From a virus: a stretch of 64,000 bases of DNA. Shown here in pieces: positions 17,794-26,504 of the stretch (positions are counted from its first letter, which is position 1; each line of letters starts with the position of its first letter). Made by a program: the position numbers and the translations under genes. The notes below the pieces were generated by a model. It was not told the DNA's origin, did not search any database, and saw only the letters and a program-made list of their open reading frames with translations. The stretch lies in IMG/VR virus record IMGVR_UViG_3300029998_000020, positions 9,130 to 73,129 of that record. The stretch is one strand, 5' to 3'.

Positions 17794-18887
17794 CAATTTT
17801 GTTACTATTATTTTAATTTCAATCTAAATAACCTCATTTTTATAGATTGCTTTGTTCTTTTAAGATTTTCTATTGATTCAGATATATCATTATTTATAAT
17901 ATAATTATCTTCATAGTCTGTCCATATTTTACGTTCAAAATCTATTTTTTTGATATTAATTGGTCTTTCCCAATTTAATATTTTTTGAGCAGAATCATAT
18001 TTTCTATTTATACTCATACAATCTTTATAATATAATATTTCAATTATTTTTTGAGAATTTTCATTCATCACCATTATATTATATAAGTTATCTCTTTTAT
18101 TTTTATTTGTTATTTTTTTATATCCAATAATGTTAGATAAAAAAACAACAAATTGTTCAGCAAGTTTACTAGAACATGTAACTAAAGATATGAAAGGTAA
18201 TCCTTTTTTTGTAAATCCTAATGATCCATCGCCATCTATAACTCCTCTCCAGTAATCAATTTCTATTATATTATCTGGTTTCTGAATTGTGTGTGATTTT
18301 TTACCAACAGGTAAATACTTTTTAAATTCATTTCTTGTTTCTAATTCAAATATTTTTAATGCTGATGTATTTGAAATATATTTGTATTCTTTAATATTAA
18401 TATTTCTTGTTCTTTCAGTTATTGAAACATTACAATTAAGAATAGATTTTATATATTTTAATATATTATCATCACTTTTATTTATTTCAAGTGTGATTCT
18501 TCCTCTATTTCTAGTTGATTCGTATAAATTACCATCAGTTTGTAATAAACCTATAATGTATGCATGTTTCTTATTTAAAATGTCTATTTTCATAATGTGT
18601 TTTTATTTGTATATATAATTTCACTTTATTGAAAATTTACATTTCATTGAAATTGTAATAACGAGATAGACATTTCTGCTATCTTCAATATCTTCTTATT
18701 AAATATTGTTCAGAATGTACCTTTTACCTTTGTGTATTACAGTGAGATAAAACAAGTCCCTCCATTCGTTACAGGGTGTTATCTAAAATGACAGAGCACT
18801 TCCCTCGGTATTAGCATCACAGCCGTCCACCGATTTGGACGATTTTAACTACTATTAGCTATTAACTAATACGGTGGCAATCAATTC
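17794..18887 (-). mobile_element. Self-splicing group I intron (IA-like) in rtcB, carrying a LAGLIDADG homing endonuclease
   Basis: 5' exon ends GGUGGU pairing with intron GCCACC (U.G at splice site); UGAUU pairs with 3' exon AAUCA (P10); P7 GAAUG(18763-67)/CAUUC(18713-17); terminal G at 17794; splicing restores TLGGG|NHFIE. Confidence 0.93.
17808..18593 (-). CDS. Intron-encoded double-motif LAGLIDADG homing endonuclease
   Basis: YIIGLLQTDG and YWRGVIDGDG motifs. Confidence 0.9.
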   Translation of the reverse strand: MKIDILNKKHAYIIGLLQTDGNLYESTRNRGRITLEINKSDDNILKYIKSILNCNVSITERTRNINIKEYKYISNTSALKIFELETRNEFKKYLPVGKKSHTIQKPDNIIEIDYWRGVIDGDGSLGFTKKGLPFISLVTCSSKLAEQFVVFLSNIIGYKKITNKNKRDNLYNIMVMNENSQKIIEILYYKDCMSINRKYDSAQKILNWERPINIKKIDFERKIWTDYEDNYIINNDISESIENLKRTKQSIKMRLFRLKLK

Positions 18888-19409
18888 ACCACCGCCTAAC
18901 GTTCCAATTGATTTATAAAATTTACCTTCGTCAATACCTATATCTTTCAATTTTGATGTTAGCCATTTTTCATTGTATGTAGGTGATTCATAAGAAGTTC
19001 CAAATTTTTCATTAAATTTTACAATGAAATTATCCGCAATTACTTGAACATCGCCAAACGGTATATTTTTAAATTTAATATCTTCGTGCATACCAAATCC
19101 CATAGGAACATTTTCACGTATAAGATTGTCAATTTTCTCTAAATCTAATGAAGTCTTACCTGAAAAACTTGCGCTAAGCATCCCGCAGCCCAAATCTACT
19201 CCGATCGTCGACGGCTTAATGTATTTACCTAATTCTTGTGTATATCCGATTACGCATCCCGATCCAACATGTGTATCTGGCATTATTCTGATTTTCAATC
19301 CTTTAGATGTCTCAGAATTAATACTATCATATATTTGAGTATATACTCCTTCTTCAACTTCATCGATAAATATTTTAGCGTCAGTATATTTACCTTTTAA
19401 TTCAATCAT
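18888..19409 (-). CDS. rtcB: RNA ligase RtcB, exon 1
   Basis: IMPDTHVG, IGVDLGCG, SIGTLGGG; spliced product 464 aa. Confidence 0.92.
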
Positions 19410-19460
19410 AATTTACCTCCTTTTTTTAATTGATTTTAATTATTATTTTAATATATTTTG

Positions 19461-19490
19461 CAAATGTACTACATTTATTTTGATTGACAA
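19461..19490 (-). promoter_or_regulatory. Bacteroidota sigma70-type promoter for rtcB
   Basis: TTG-N19-TACATTTG. Confidence 0.7.
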
Positions 19491-19732
19491 AATATTTCAT
19501 TCAATTTATTTATTTTATTTATTTTATTCATTCTTAAAACTCTTTTACTAATGAAAAATGATCCATAACTTATATAACATATAACTCCAGCATCTGTCAT
19601 TATTGATATAGCTCCAAGCATTATTTCTAATACTTTATAATCTTTGCCTACTGAAATAAGGTGATCATTTGTGTTATCAATTTTGATGCAAGTAACAATT
19701 TCACCAATTTTATATTTATTTATTTTTTTCAT
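19475..19732 (-). CDS. KIG-type small protein with C-terminal tag
   Basis: YKIGEIVTCI...VLRMNKINKI. Confidence 0.7.
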   Translation of the reverse strand: MKKINKYKIGEIVTCIKIDNTNDHLISVGKDYKVLEIMLGAISIMTDAGVICYISYGSFFISKRVLRMNKINKINKLNEIFCQSK

Positions 19733-20054
19733 TTATTTTATTAAGTTTCAATGTTCTATATTCTTTTACCCCAATGAATCTTTTCATATCAAAAACAGTA
19801 TGTCCATGTATCTTTTCAACTTCATCTAATATATATGATGTGTTTTCATATGTACTACTGGTATTATCAATTTTGTCTCCACAATTTCCATCATCTCCCC
19901 AATATGTATGAATTTCTTTAATTGTATAATATTTATACTTTTCTAATGGATTTATTTTATGATATTCTAAAATACAAGAAGAATAATCATAAAATATTTC
20001 CTTTGAGTAAGGTTTATCATCAATACAAACCATAATATCACCTACTTTGTACAT
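19716..20054 (-). CDS. KVGD-type small protein with C-terminal tag
   Basis: MYKVGDIMVCIDD...FIGVKEYRTLKLNKIN. Confidence 0.75.
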   Translation of the reverse strand: MYKVGDIMVCIDDKPYSKEIFYDYSSCILEYHKINPLEKYKYYTIKEIHTYWGDDGNCGDKIDNTSSTYENTSYILDEVEKIHGHTVFDMKRFIGVKEYRTLKLNKINEKNK

Positions 20055-20282
20055 ATCTTATTAAGTTTTTCTAATTTCATTTTTCTATAATAAGAAGTTT
20101 TAATAAAATATGATGATTTAAACCATAATACAATATTTCTTGTTTCAATACGAATGTAGATTGAATAAAAAAGATGATTTGTTGATTTTATTTTATATCT
20201 TTCTCATTTTTTTTAGATATTCACGAGAAAGGTAATCTCCATCATCATTAATAAAAGTAACAGAATCACCTACTTTGAACAT
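20042..20282 (-). pseudogene. Frameshifted KVGD-family gene with C-terminal tag
   Basis: MFKVGDSVTFINDDGDYLSREYLKK / +1 shift at A8 run / ERYKIK...YYRKMKLEKLNKICTK. Confidence 0.7.
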
Positions 20283-20539
20283 ATTTTATTGAGTTTTTCT
20301 AATTTCATTTTTCTAATTGATTGATCATCTGTGAAAAATTCTATCGGTATAAATTGGGAAAATCTTTTTGTGTCAGTTTTTATACAAATTTTATTAAAAA
20401 AATGATAATCTAAATCATTGATTTTATATTTTTTGCCTATTGTTAAATGTTGTTCCCAGTAATCATCATTGTCATATTTTACGCAAGTAACAACTTGTCC
20501 AATTTTAAAATCTTGATAAGTCAATTCTTTATTTTGCAT
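20270..20539 (-). CDS. KIG-type small protein with C-terminal tag
   Basis: FKIGQVVTCV...SIRKMKLEKLNKICSK. Confidence 0.75.
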   Translation of the reverse strand: MQNKELTYQDFKIGQVVTCVKYDNDDYWEQHLTIGKKYKINDLDYHFFNKICIKTDTKRFSQFIPIEFFTDDQSIRKMKLEKLNKICSK

Positions 20540-20808
20540 AATTTATTGAGTTTTATTTTTCTTAAAATTGAAATCAATTCTCTTTCAGTTATAAAATGAT
20601 TACTTATTGATTGTCTGCATATATTTCCATTGATATTAGATTTAATAATTATTCCATATTTTGAATTATTATTGTTATAACTTATTGAAAGTATATCTAC
20701 ATCATGTGAAATATTTAAATTAAATTTTTTGTTATAATATTGTCTTAATTCTCTTAATAAGAGTAAATATGATTTAATGTCTAAGTTTGAAACTATATTG
20801 TCTGACAT
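20521..20808 (-). CDS. Small protein with C-terminal tag
   Basis: Ends ILRKIKLNKLCKIKN. Confidence 0.65.
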   Translation of the reverse strand: MSDNIVSNLDIKSYLLLLRELRQYYNKKFNLNISHDVDILSISYNNNNSKYGIIIKSNINGNICRQSISNHFITERELISILRKIKLNKLCKIKN

Positions 20809-21131
20809 AATTTTACAAGTTTTTGTTTTCTCAAAAAAATATTATGTTCTTTATCATCAACAAATTGATATAGCACATCACCTATAACTTCATGATTAGA
20901 ATACATAAGTGTATATATTTTGTGTTCAAACCTAATAGAAAAAGATGTTTCGCATGAATAGAAAATTTCAAACCTTCTATTGTATCTTTCATTAAGTAAT
21001 GTTATTGCAGCAGACCTAATTATTTCTTTTCTTTCATCTTTTGTAATAAAATTATCCATTTGATAACAATTACGAGGCATACCCCATAATCCATTATCTT
21101 GTTTTTTTGATTTTATTGGTATTATATCCAT
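20793..21131 (-). CDS. Small protein with C-terminal tag
   Basis: Ends FLRKQKLVKLCQTI. Confidence 0.65.
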   Translation of the reverse strand: MDIIPIKSKKQDNGLWGMPRNCYQMDNFITKDERKEIIRSAAITLLNERYNRRFEIFYSCETSFSIRFEHKIYTLMYSNHEVIGDVLYQFVDDKEHNIFLRKQKLVKLCQTI

Positions 21132-21141
21132 GATAATTTAA

Positions 21142-21648
21142 TTATAATTTGCCTAAACTATTCAGTTCATTATTCAGTTTAGATCCAAGCAGTTCCAAAT
21201 TTTTCAGTTGATTTTTTACTTGATTTATACTATCATTAAAATCTTCTTTGATATTATTATTAAATTCTTCTATATCATCTTTATTTATTAACTCATCTAA
21301 TTTTTTATACAATTCTTCACGTTCCATATTGTTTGCATTATAATCAAATTCATCATTTTCAGTATCTTTTTCATATTGAGATTCATTTTCAGATATCTTT
21401 TTGTTTACAGATAGTATATCATCTTTTGTTTTATTAGATAATTCTTTAAATTTGAAAGTATATTCTTCAGTTATAAGAGGACACCATTTTGGTTTATATT
21501 CATTCTCATCTAACTCGATATAATGTTCATTTAATTTTAAATAATTTGATAATACGCATATATTTGTGTCTGGATTTACTGTTGCATCATAGTCATATTC
21601 TGTGTGACAAAAAGGGCAATTCAAGCAACCATTTACTGTTTTTTTCAT
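21142..21648 (-). CDS. Cys-rich (Zn-binding-like) N-terminus plus coiled coil
   Basis: GCLNCPFC...C.LS...PKWCPL. Confidence 0.65.
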   Translation of the reverse strand: MKKTVNGCLNCPFCHTEYDYDATVNPDTNICVLSNYLKLNEHYIELDENEYKPKWCPLITEEYTFKFKELSNKTKDDILSVNKKISENESQYEKDTENDEFDYNANNMEREELYKKLDELINKDDIEEFNNNIKEDFNDSINQVKNQLKNLELLGSKLNNELNSLGKL

Positions 21649-21815
21649 TTTAAGTTATTTATTTTTTCTATCTTTTTCTTTCTTTCTATTTTTGTTATTT
21701 TTCTTTTTAGTTCAGCAGCTAATTTTTCATCTATATCAAAAGATTCTGGATATAAACTTGCATAATCAAAATTAGATATACTATATAAATCTTCAAATTT
21801 CAGATTCTTCTTCAC
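21645..21815 (-). CDS. 56 aa mini-ORF: PolB motif-A-like peptide plus C-terminal tag; not in ORF track
   Basis: GTG start; MKKNLKFEDLYSISNFDYASLYPESFDIDEKLAAELKRKITKIERKKKIEKINNLK; TGA overlaps next ATG. Confidence 0.65.
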   Translation of the reverse strand: MKKNLKFEDLYSISNFDYASLYPESFDIDEKLAAELKRKITKIERKKKIEKINNLK

Positions 21816-22452
21816 TACAATTTATTTTATTTAATTTTATTTTTCTATTGAATTTTATCAATAGTTCAGTATCCTTATATCTTAATATAGACAATTCAAA
21901 TCCGTTATTATTATAATGATTTTCTAATTTAGATATAAATAATTCAAAATTTTCAGATAGAACTCCATTTTTTTCAAATATTTTTGGCTTGTTATTTTTA
22001 TTTTCATATATTCCTCTAATTAGAACCTTATTTATACGTGTTGAAAAATTTATATAATCTTGGTCATTGCATAATTTCCAATTTTGATTTAATATTAATT
22101 TTTTAATTTTTTTATATTGTTCATCTATGATACCCCAATAGTGATATTCATTTTCACTGTCAGCTCCTTTGTTATAGCTACTTATAAATATTACATATGG
22201 AGTATCTTTATATAAAGTTTTGAATAATTCATATTTAGATTTGCAATCTAAATCAAACACTGGATAAATAACATTTTTAAATTTTGACTCAATTAAAACT
22301 TCACAATATCTATCAATATTAATCATAGTTCTGAAGTATTTCATTATACTACCAATAGATTTATATTTTAGTTTTGATGTTGTATCATAACTTCCATAAT
22401 GTGTTGTTTGATGTAGATATATTAATTCATTTTTATTTTTAAATAAAATCAT
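21793..22452 (-). CDS. Possible AEP/primase-like or nucleotidyltransferase-like protein with C-terminal tag
   Basis: PVFDLD...IFISS...HYW; ends FNRKIKLNKIN. Confidence 0.45.
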   Translation of the reverse strand: MILFKNKNELIYLHQTTHYGSYDTTSKLKYKSIGSIMKYFRTMINIDRYCEVLIESKFKNVIYPVFDLDCKSKYELFKTLYKDTPYVIFISSYNKGADSENEYHYWGIIDEQYKKIKKLILNQNWKLCNDQDYINFSTRINKVLIRGIYENKNNKPKIFEKNGVLSENFELFISKLENHYNNNGFELSILRYKDTELLIKFNRKIKLNKINCSEEESEI

Positions 22453-22464
22453 ATTATTTTTTAA

Positions 22465-22683
22465 TTATTTATACTGATGATTTCTGTTATGTTTCCAAGT
22501 TTTATACATTCTTATTTGGTACATTAACAATTGTTTCTTTTTATATTTCCTTGTTAATCTTGAGCATTCTGGATAAAAGTGTAAACCCTCATCCCAATAA
22601 GGATCAGTATTATCGTTAGTTATAATATTGTAGGTTTTGTTGTCAGTTACTACTTCTGATTTCGGACATTTTATTCTTTTCAT
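22465..22683 (-). CDS. Small basic phage protein
   Basis: Ends RMYKTWKHNRNHQYK. Confidence 0.6.
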   Translation of the reverse strand: MKRIKCPKSEVVTDNKTYNIITNDNTDPYWDEGLHFYPECSRLTRKYKKKQLLMYQIRMYKTWKHNRNHQYK

Positions 22684-22871
22684 TTCTATTTGATTATTTT
22701 TTAATAATCTAATAGTTATCTAATTTTTTCTTCATTTTGTATATTATGTCATCTTTAAATTTTATATATATGTTTTTTAATTAAATGTTTTTTAAAAATA
22801 TAAAACTTTTTTTATTTATATGATATAAGTGATATAATTTTAAATTGATTCTATACTCAAATAGATTTTTA

Positions 22872-22901
22872 CAAAGATAACAAAAATATTCAATAAAACA
22901 A
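22872..22901 (-). promoter_or_regulatory. Bacteroidota sigma70-type promoter
   Basis: TTG-N19-TATCTTTG. Confidence 0.7.
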
Positions 22902-22908
22902 TTTTTAT

Positions 22909-23199
22909 ATGGTAAATAATAAAGTTGAAAGACTTTTAGCAGGAGAAACAATTATTAGTAAAGAACCTGGTAACTCAATGCTTCCATTAATTAAATCAAA
23001 ACAACCTGTAACATTAGAACCAGCAACTTGGGAATCAGTTGAAGTAGGTGATATAGTTTATGCTAAATATCACGGAAAATTATACACTCACATAGTAAAA
23101 TCAAAAAATTCAGAACAAGGAGTTCAAATTGGAAACAATAAAGGACATATCAATGGATGGACAAAGAATGTCTATGGAAAAGTCATAAATATATCATAA
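22909..23199 (+). CDS. S24/S26 peptidase-like domain protein
   Basis: EPGNSMLPLIKS...GDIV...YTHIV. Confidence 0.7.
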   Translation: MVNNKVERLLAGETIISKEPGNSMLPLIKSKQPVTLEPATWESVEVGDIVYAKYHGKLYTHIVKSKNSEQGVQIGNNKGHINGWTKNVYGKVINIS

Positions 23200-23218
23200 A
23201 AAATAAATAACAAAATAT

Positions 23219-23407
23219 ATGAGAGCTACATGCAAGCTAGATTACGGACAGTTTGAAAACAACAAAACCTACAATTATTCATACACTAAAGACAACAAAT
23301 ACCACGTCGATGGACAATATGGAAAAACAGAATTCAATAAAAGACAATTTGGTGCACTATTCACATCAGAAAAAATAAAAAACCCAAACAAATCATTTAA
23401 TTTTTAA
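23219..23407 (+). CDS. Hypothetical protein
   Basis: 62 aa ORF. Confidence 0.55.
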   Translation: MRATCKLDYGQFENNKTYNYSYTKDNKYHVDGQYGKTEFNKRQFGALFTSEKIKNPNKSFNF

Positions 23408-23417
23408 TATCTAAGAA

Positions 23418-23675
23418 ATGAAATATCATGTCGGTGATAACGTTGTGTTCATAAATAATTCCAAAAATGCTTACGATTGGAACATAACTGAGTATAAAAT
23501 CTATAAAATTTATGGATATTCAATTCATAAATCTCAAATTGTATATTCTGTCAAATTTGGAACAACTATTCAAAGTTGGTACAGTGAATGTGACTTCATG
23601 TCATTAAAAGAATATAGAAAATTGAAAATAGAAAAAATAAATAAACTAAAAAATGGGTATATTGGAGATAGATAG
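23418..23675 (+). CDS. VGD-type small protein with C-terminal tag
   Basis: MKYHVGDNVVFI...FMSLKEYRKLKIEKIN. Confidence 0.75.
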   Translation: MKYHVGDNVVFINNSKNAYDWNITEYKIYKIYGYSIHKSQIVYSVKFGTTIQSWYSECDFMSLKEYRKLKIEKINKLKNGYIGDR

Positions 23676-23888
23676 TGAATATATACAGAAAGAAGAATTG
23701 ACTACATTAGGATTAGTTTGTCACTGAGTAAAGACAGTCAATAATAAATTTTATTATCACATTATGAATATTGGTGATAGTAAAAAAATAGACATTTATG
23801 TTACACAGCAAGAACTTAATAATATTGAAGAATATATGAAAAATTATTATAAAGAAATTAGATTAAAAAATTAAAAAAATTAAAATGA
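23653..23888 (+). pseudogene. Degenerate small gene with in-frame TGA and a 1-nt deletion in the tag
   Basis: MGILEIDSE...VCH*VKTV...YYKEIRLK(K)LKKLK; TGA at 23725-27. Confidence 0.5.
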
Positions 23889-24202
23889 AAAAAATTAAAA
23901 AAATAATAATTTTTTTAAATAAGTCATTTAATCCATATTATGAATTAAATAAACAGGCAAAAACAATTGAAAATATATATGAAAAACTTATATCAAGTCA
24001 ATTAGATAGTAGACTGAATGAACTTGAAAGACTTAGAAATATGAGTGAAGAAGATATAAAAAATGAGAAAGAAAAAATCTTAAATATAGAGGCAACTAAA
24101 ATATTAACTCAGTTAGAATGTAATCCAGAATTATATAGAGTATTTAATAATATATTAAGAATAAATAAATTTAAAAAAATAGAAGATAGTAAAAATGAGT
24201 AA
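23885..24202 (+). CDS. Helical protein with C-terminal tag
   Basis: Ends ILRINKFKKI. Confidence 0.65.
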   Translation: MKKIKKIIIFLNKSFNPYYELNKQAKTIENIYEKLISSQLDSRLNELERLRNMSEEDIKNEKEKILNIEATKILTQLECNPELYRVFNNILRINKFKKIEDSKNE

Positions 24203-24779
24203 TTTAATAGAACATGCAAAAAAAGAATTTATAGCATTAGGATATAAACCAGTTGATGAATGTGAAGAAGGACCAAATAGATGGGTACAAGAAAATGTAT
24301 TGGAATTACTTGAGATGTTTTCTAAACAAGGACATTCAGGATTTTCAGCAAAAATTGTTATTGACTATTTTAAAAAATTAGCAAATTTTAAACCAATTGC
24401 GCCAATTATGTGTACTGATGATGAATGGATCGATGTTTCTATATATAATAATGATGTGACTTATCAAAATACTCGTTGTTCTGCTGTTTTTAAAAATTCA
24501 ATAAATGACTCACCATATTATTTGGATGCAATAGTTTTTGTTGAAGATGGAAATTCATCTTATACTGGAGGTGCTTTTAATAAGAAGCATGAACGTATCA
24601 CAAGTAGTCAAGAAATAAAAATTCCGTTTATTCCAAAATCTTTTTATGTCGATGTTGTAGATATTGATGGAGAACATCACATTAAAGATGAATCTCAATT
24701 AAAGGAAATTTGGGAATATTATGAGCATCAAGAAACAAAATCATTTATTAGATTACAAAAATTAAAAGCATTAAAATGA
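24195..24779 (+). CDS. Phage protein with C-terminal tag
   Basis: MSNLIEHAKKEF...FSKQGHSGFSA; ends FIRLQKLKALK. Confidence 0.75.
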   Translation: MSNLIEHAKKEFIALGYKPVDECEEGPNRWVQENVLELLEMFSKQGHSGFSAKIVIDYFKKLANFKPIAPIMCTDDEWIDVSIYNNDVTYQNTRCSAVFKNSINDSPYYLDAIVFVEDGNSSYTGGAFNKKHERITSSQEIKIPFIPKSFYVDVVDIDGEHHIKDESQLKEIWEYYEHQETKSFIRLQKLKALK

Positions 24780-24994
24780 AAATAACAATAGATGAATCAC
24801 AATTTGATGTCAAATGGGATTTTGGAGATTTACCAGATAATCCCAGTAAAAGTTTGACTATTGATATGTTAAATAGGTGGCAAGAATTTATAAATTATGA
24901 CAAAATAAATGAAGCAAGAAAAGAAGCAAGAAAATTAAGAATTGATAAATTAAATGAAATAATTTCAAAATCAAATGACAATACAGAATTATAA
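24776..24994 (+). CDS. Small protein with WDFGD motif and C-terminal tag
   Basis: VKWDFGD...RKEARKLRIDKLNEI. Confidence 0.65.
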   Translation: MKITIDESQFDVKWDFGDLPDNPSKSLTIDMLNRWQEFINYDKINEARKEARKLRIDKLNEIISKSNDNTEL

Positions 24995-25295
24995 GAAGAA
25001 ATATTTAATATGTAAAGATGACTTTTATAAAAATATATATGCTGGCGATACAGTTGAATTGTATTGTCCAACGGAAATATCAACTACATGGAATTCAATA
25101 GTTTATTGGAATATGTTAGATGGTGCTTTTATTCATTCTCATCAGGTTGGTAAACTGTTGTATGGAGAAAATAGTATGACTAAATTATCTTCAATGATTA
25201 ATCAACAAGAATTGAATATTTGTGATGTTGGAAGTGATATTCCAATCAAATATAAGGGATATTGTAAAAAAATTAAATCTTTTTATCAAGAATAA
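24975..25295 (+). CDS. Hypothetical protein
   Basis: 106 aa ORF. Confidence 0.6.
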   Translation: MTIQNYKKKYLICKDDFYKNIYAGDTVELYCPTEISTTWNSIVYWNMLDGAFIHSHQVGKLLYGENSMTKLSSMINQQELNICDVGSDIPIKYKGYCKKIKSFYQE

Positions 25296-25345
25296 CATAT
25301 AAAATAATATAAAATAATAGAATAATATAAAATAATAGAATAAGA

Positions 25346-26089
25346 ATGTTAAATATAAATGAAATTTATTTAGGAGATTGCCTTGATGTTATGAAAGACA
25401 TTGATGACAAATCTGTTGATATGATATTAGCGGATTTACCTTATGGTACAACAAAATGTAAATGGGATTCTCAGATTGATTTAGATAAATTATGGGTTCA
25501 ATATAATAGAATAATTAAAGATCATGGAGTAATTGTATTGTTTTCTCAAACTCCTTTTGATAAAGTTCTTGGAAGTAGTAATTTAAAAATGTTAAGATAT
25601 GAATGGATATGGGAAAAATCTCAATCAACTGGACATCTAAACGCAAAAAAAATGCCAATGAAGTCTCATGAAAATTTGCTAGTATTTTATAAAAAGTTAC
25701 CAACATTTAATCCTCAAAAAACATTTAATCATAAAAGAAAAATTTCTACAGCTTTTCACAAAAGAAATACAAATACAGGAGAAATATATGGTAAATGTGA
25801 TGTATTTTCTGATTATGATTCAACAGAAAGATATCCTAGAAGTATTCAGTTGTTTCCTAGTGATAAACAAAAATTAAATCTACATAGCACACAGAAACCT
25901 TTGTCCTTATGTGAATATTTGATAAAAACTTACACGAACGAAAATGATTTAGTTCTTGATAATGTTTGTGGAAGTGGAACCACTGGGGTAGCTTGCTCAA
26001 AATTAAATAGAAATTTTATCATGATAGAAAAAGATTTGACTTTTTTTAATACCTCTACAGAAAGATTAAAAAAATTTCCTTTGGAATAA
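25346..26089 (+). CDS. Orphan N4/N6 DNA methyltransferase (beta class)
   Basis: GDCL, ILADLPYG, HSTQKP, VLDNVCGSGTTG. Confidence 0.88.
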   Translation: MLNINEIYLGDCLDVMKDIDDKSVDMILADLPYGTTKCKWDSQIDLDKLWVQYNRIIKDHGVIVLFSQTPFDKVLGSSNLKMLRYEWIWEKSQSTGHLNAKKMPMKSHENLLVFYKKLPTFNPQKTFNHKRKISTAFHKRNTNTGEIYGKCDVFSDYDSTERYPRSIQLFPSDKQKLNLHSTQKPLSLCEYLIKTYTNENDLVLDNVCGSGTTGVACSKLNRNFIMIEKDLTFFNTSTERLKKFPLE

Positions 26090-26118
26090 AAAAAGCTTCA
26101 TTAAAAATGAAGCTTTTT
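26088..26118. terminator. Bidirectional terminator between convergent genes
   Basis: AAAAAAGCTTCAT-TAAAA-ATGAAGCTTTTTT. Confidence 0.75.
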
Positions 26119-26123
26119 TGTTT

Positions 26124-26501
26124 TTAATTTATAGTTGGATCAGTAGTACCAGGATCTCCAGTAGAATTAGTTTTAGTTGTTATGATGTCTGTTTTATTAT
26201 CATTGGAATCAATTGCACTAATATTTGTTGTATTTGTTTGAGTTTTCTCTTTTTGAATTTGAAAAAGAATAAATCCAGCCAGTGTAAATTGTATACCAGC
26301 CCAAATTGCGAAATCTCCAGCAGAGATTTTACTAATATTCACAATTAAAAAATAAATCATACCCCATTGTCCTATAACAAATGCGAAAAATTCTTCAATT
26401 CTTTTTCTAGAAAAAAATGAACTTTTATCTGAGAATGTTTTTAACAATTCAGTAATGAATTTTTTTATATTTGTCCAGCCAAAAAAATAATTCTTTCTCA
26501 T
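26124..26501 (-). CDS. Two-TM membrane protein (holin-like candidate)
   Basis: FSRKRIE followed by two hydrophobic helices and a polar tail. Confidence 0.45.
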   Translation of the reverse strand: MRKNYFFGWTNIKKFITELLKTFSDKSSFFSRKRIEEFFAFVIGQWGMIYFLIVNISKISAGDFAIWAGIQFTLAGFILFQIQKEKTQTNTTNISAIDSNDNKTDIITTKTNSTGDPGTTDPTIN

Positions 26502-26504
26502 AAT

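Noticed and set aside
17794-17796. TTG start for a separate 291-aa RtcB half
   Set aside because: The G is the intron terminal omega-G; the exon starts at AAT (17793).
18855-18887. C-terminus ELIATVLVNS of the N-terminal RtcB ORF, and a possible intein
   Set aside because: This is intron sequence (P1/IGS). It has stops, and there is no Cys/Ser start or His-Asn end as an intein would need.
23725-23727. Stop-codon reassignment (TGA or TAG) as in Lak or crAss-like phages
   Set aside because: All long genes are intact in code 11, and TGA is used as a real stop in many ATGA overlaps; one in-frame TGA is better explained by decay or error.
25296-25345. Short tandem AATAATATAAAATAATAG repeats before the methyltransferase (similar AAAAAATATCAT repeats near 44300)
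   Set aside because: Only 2-3 low-complexity copies, expected in such AT-rich DNA.
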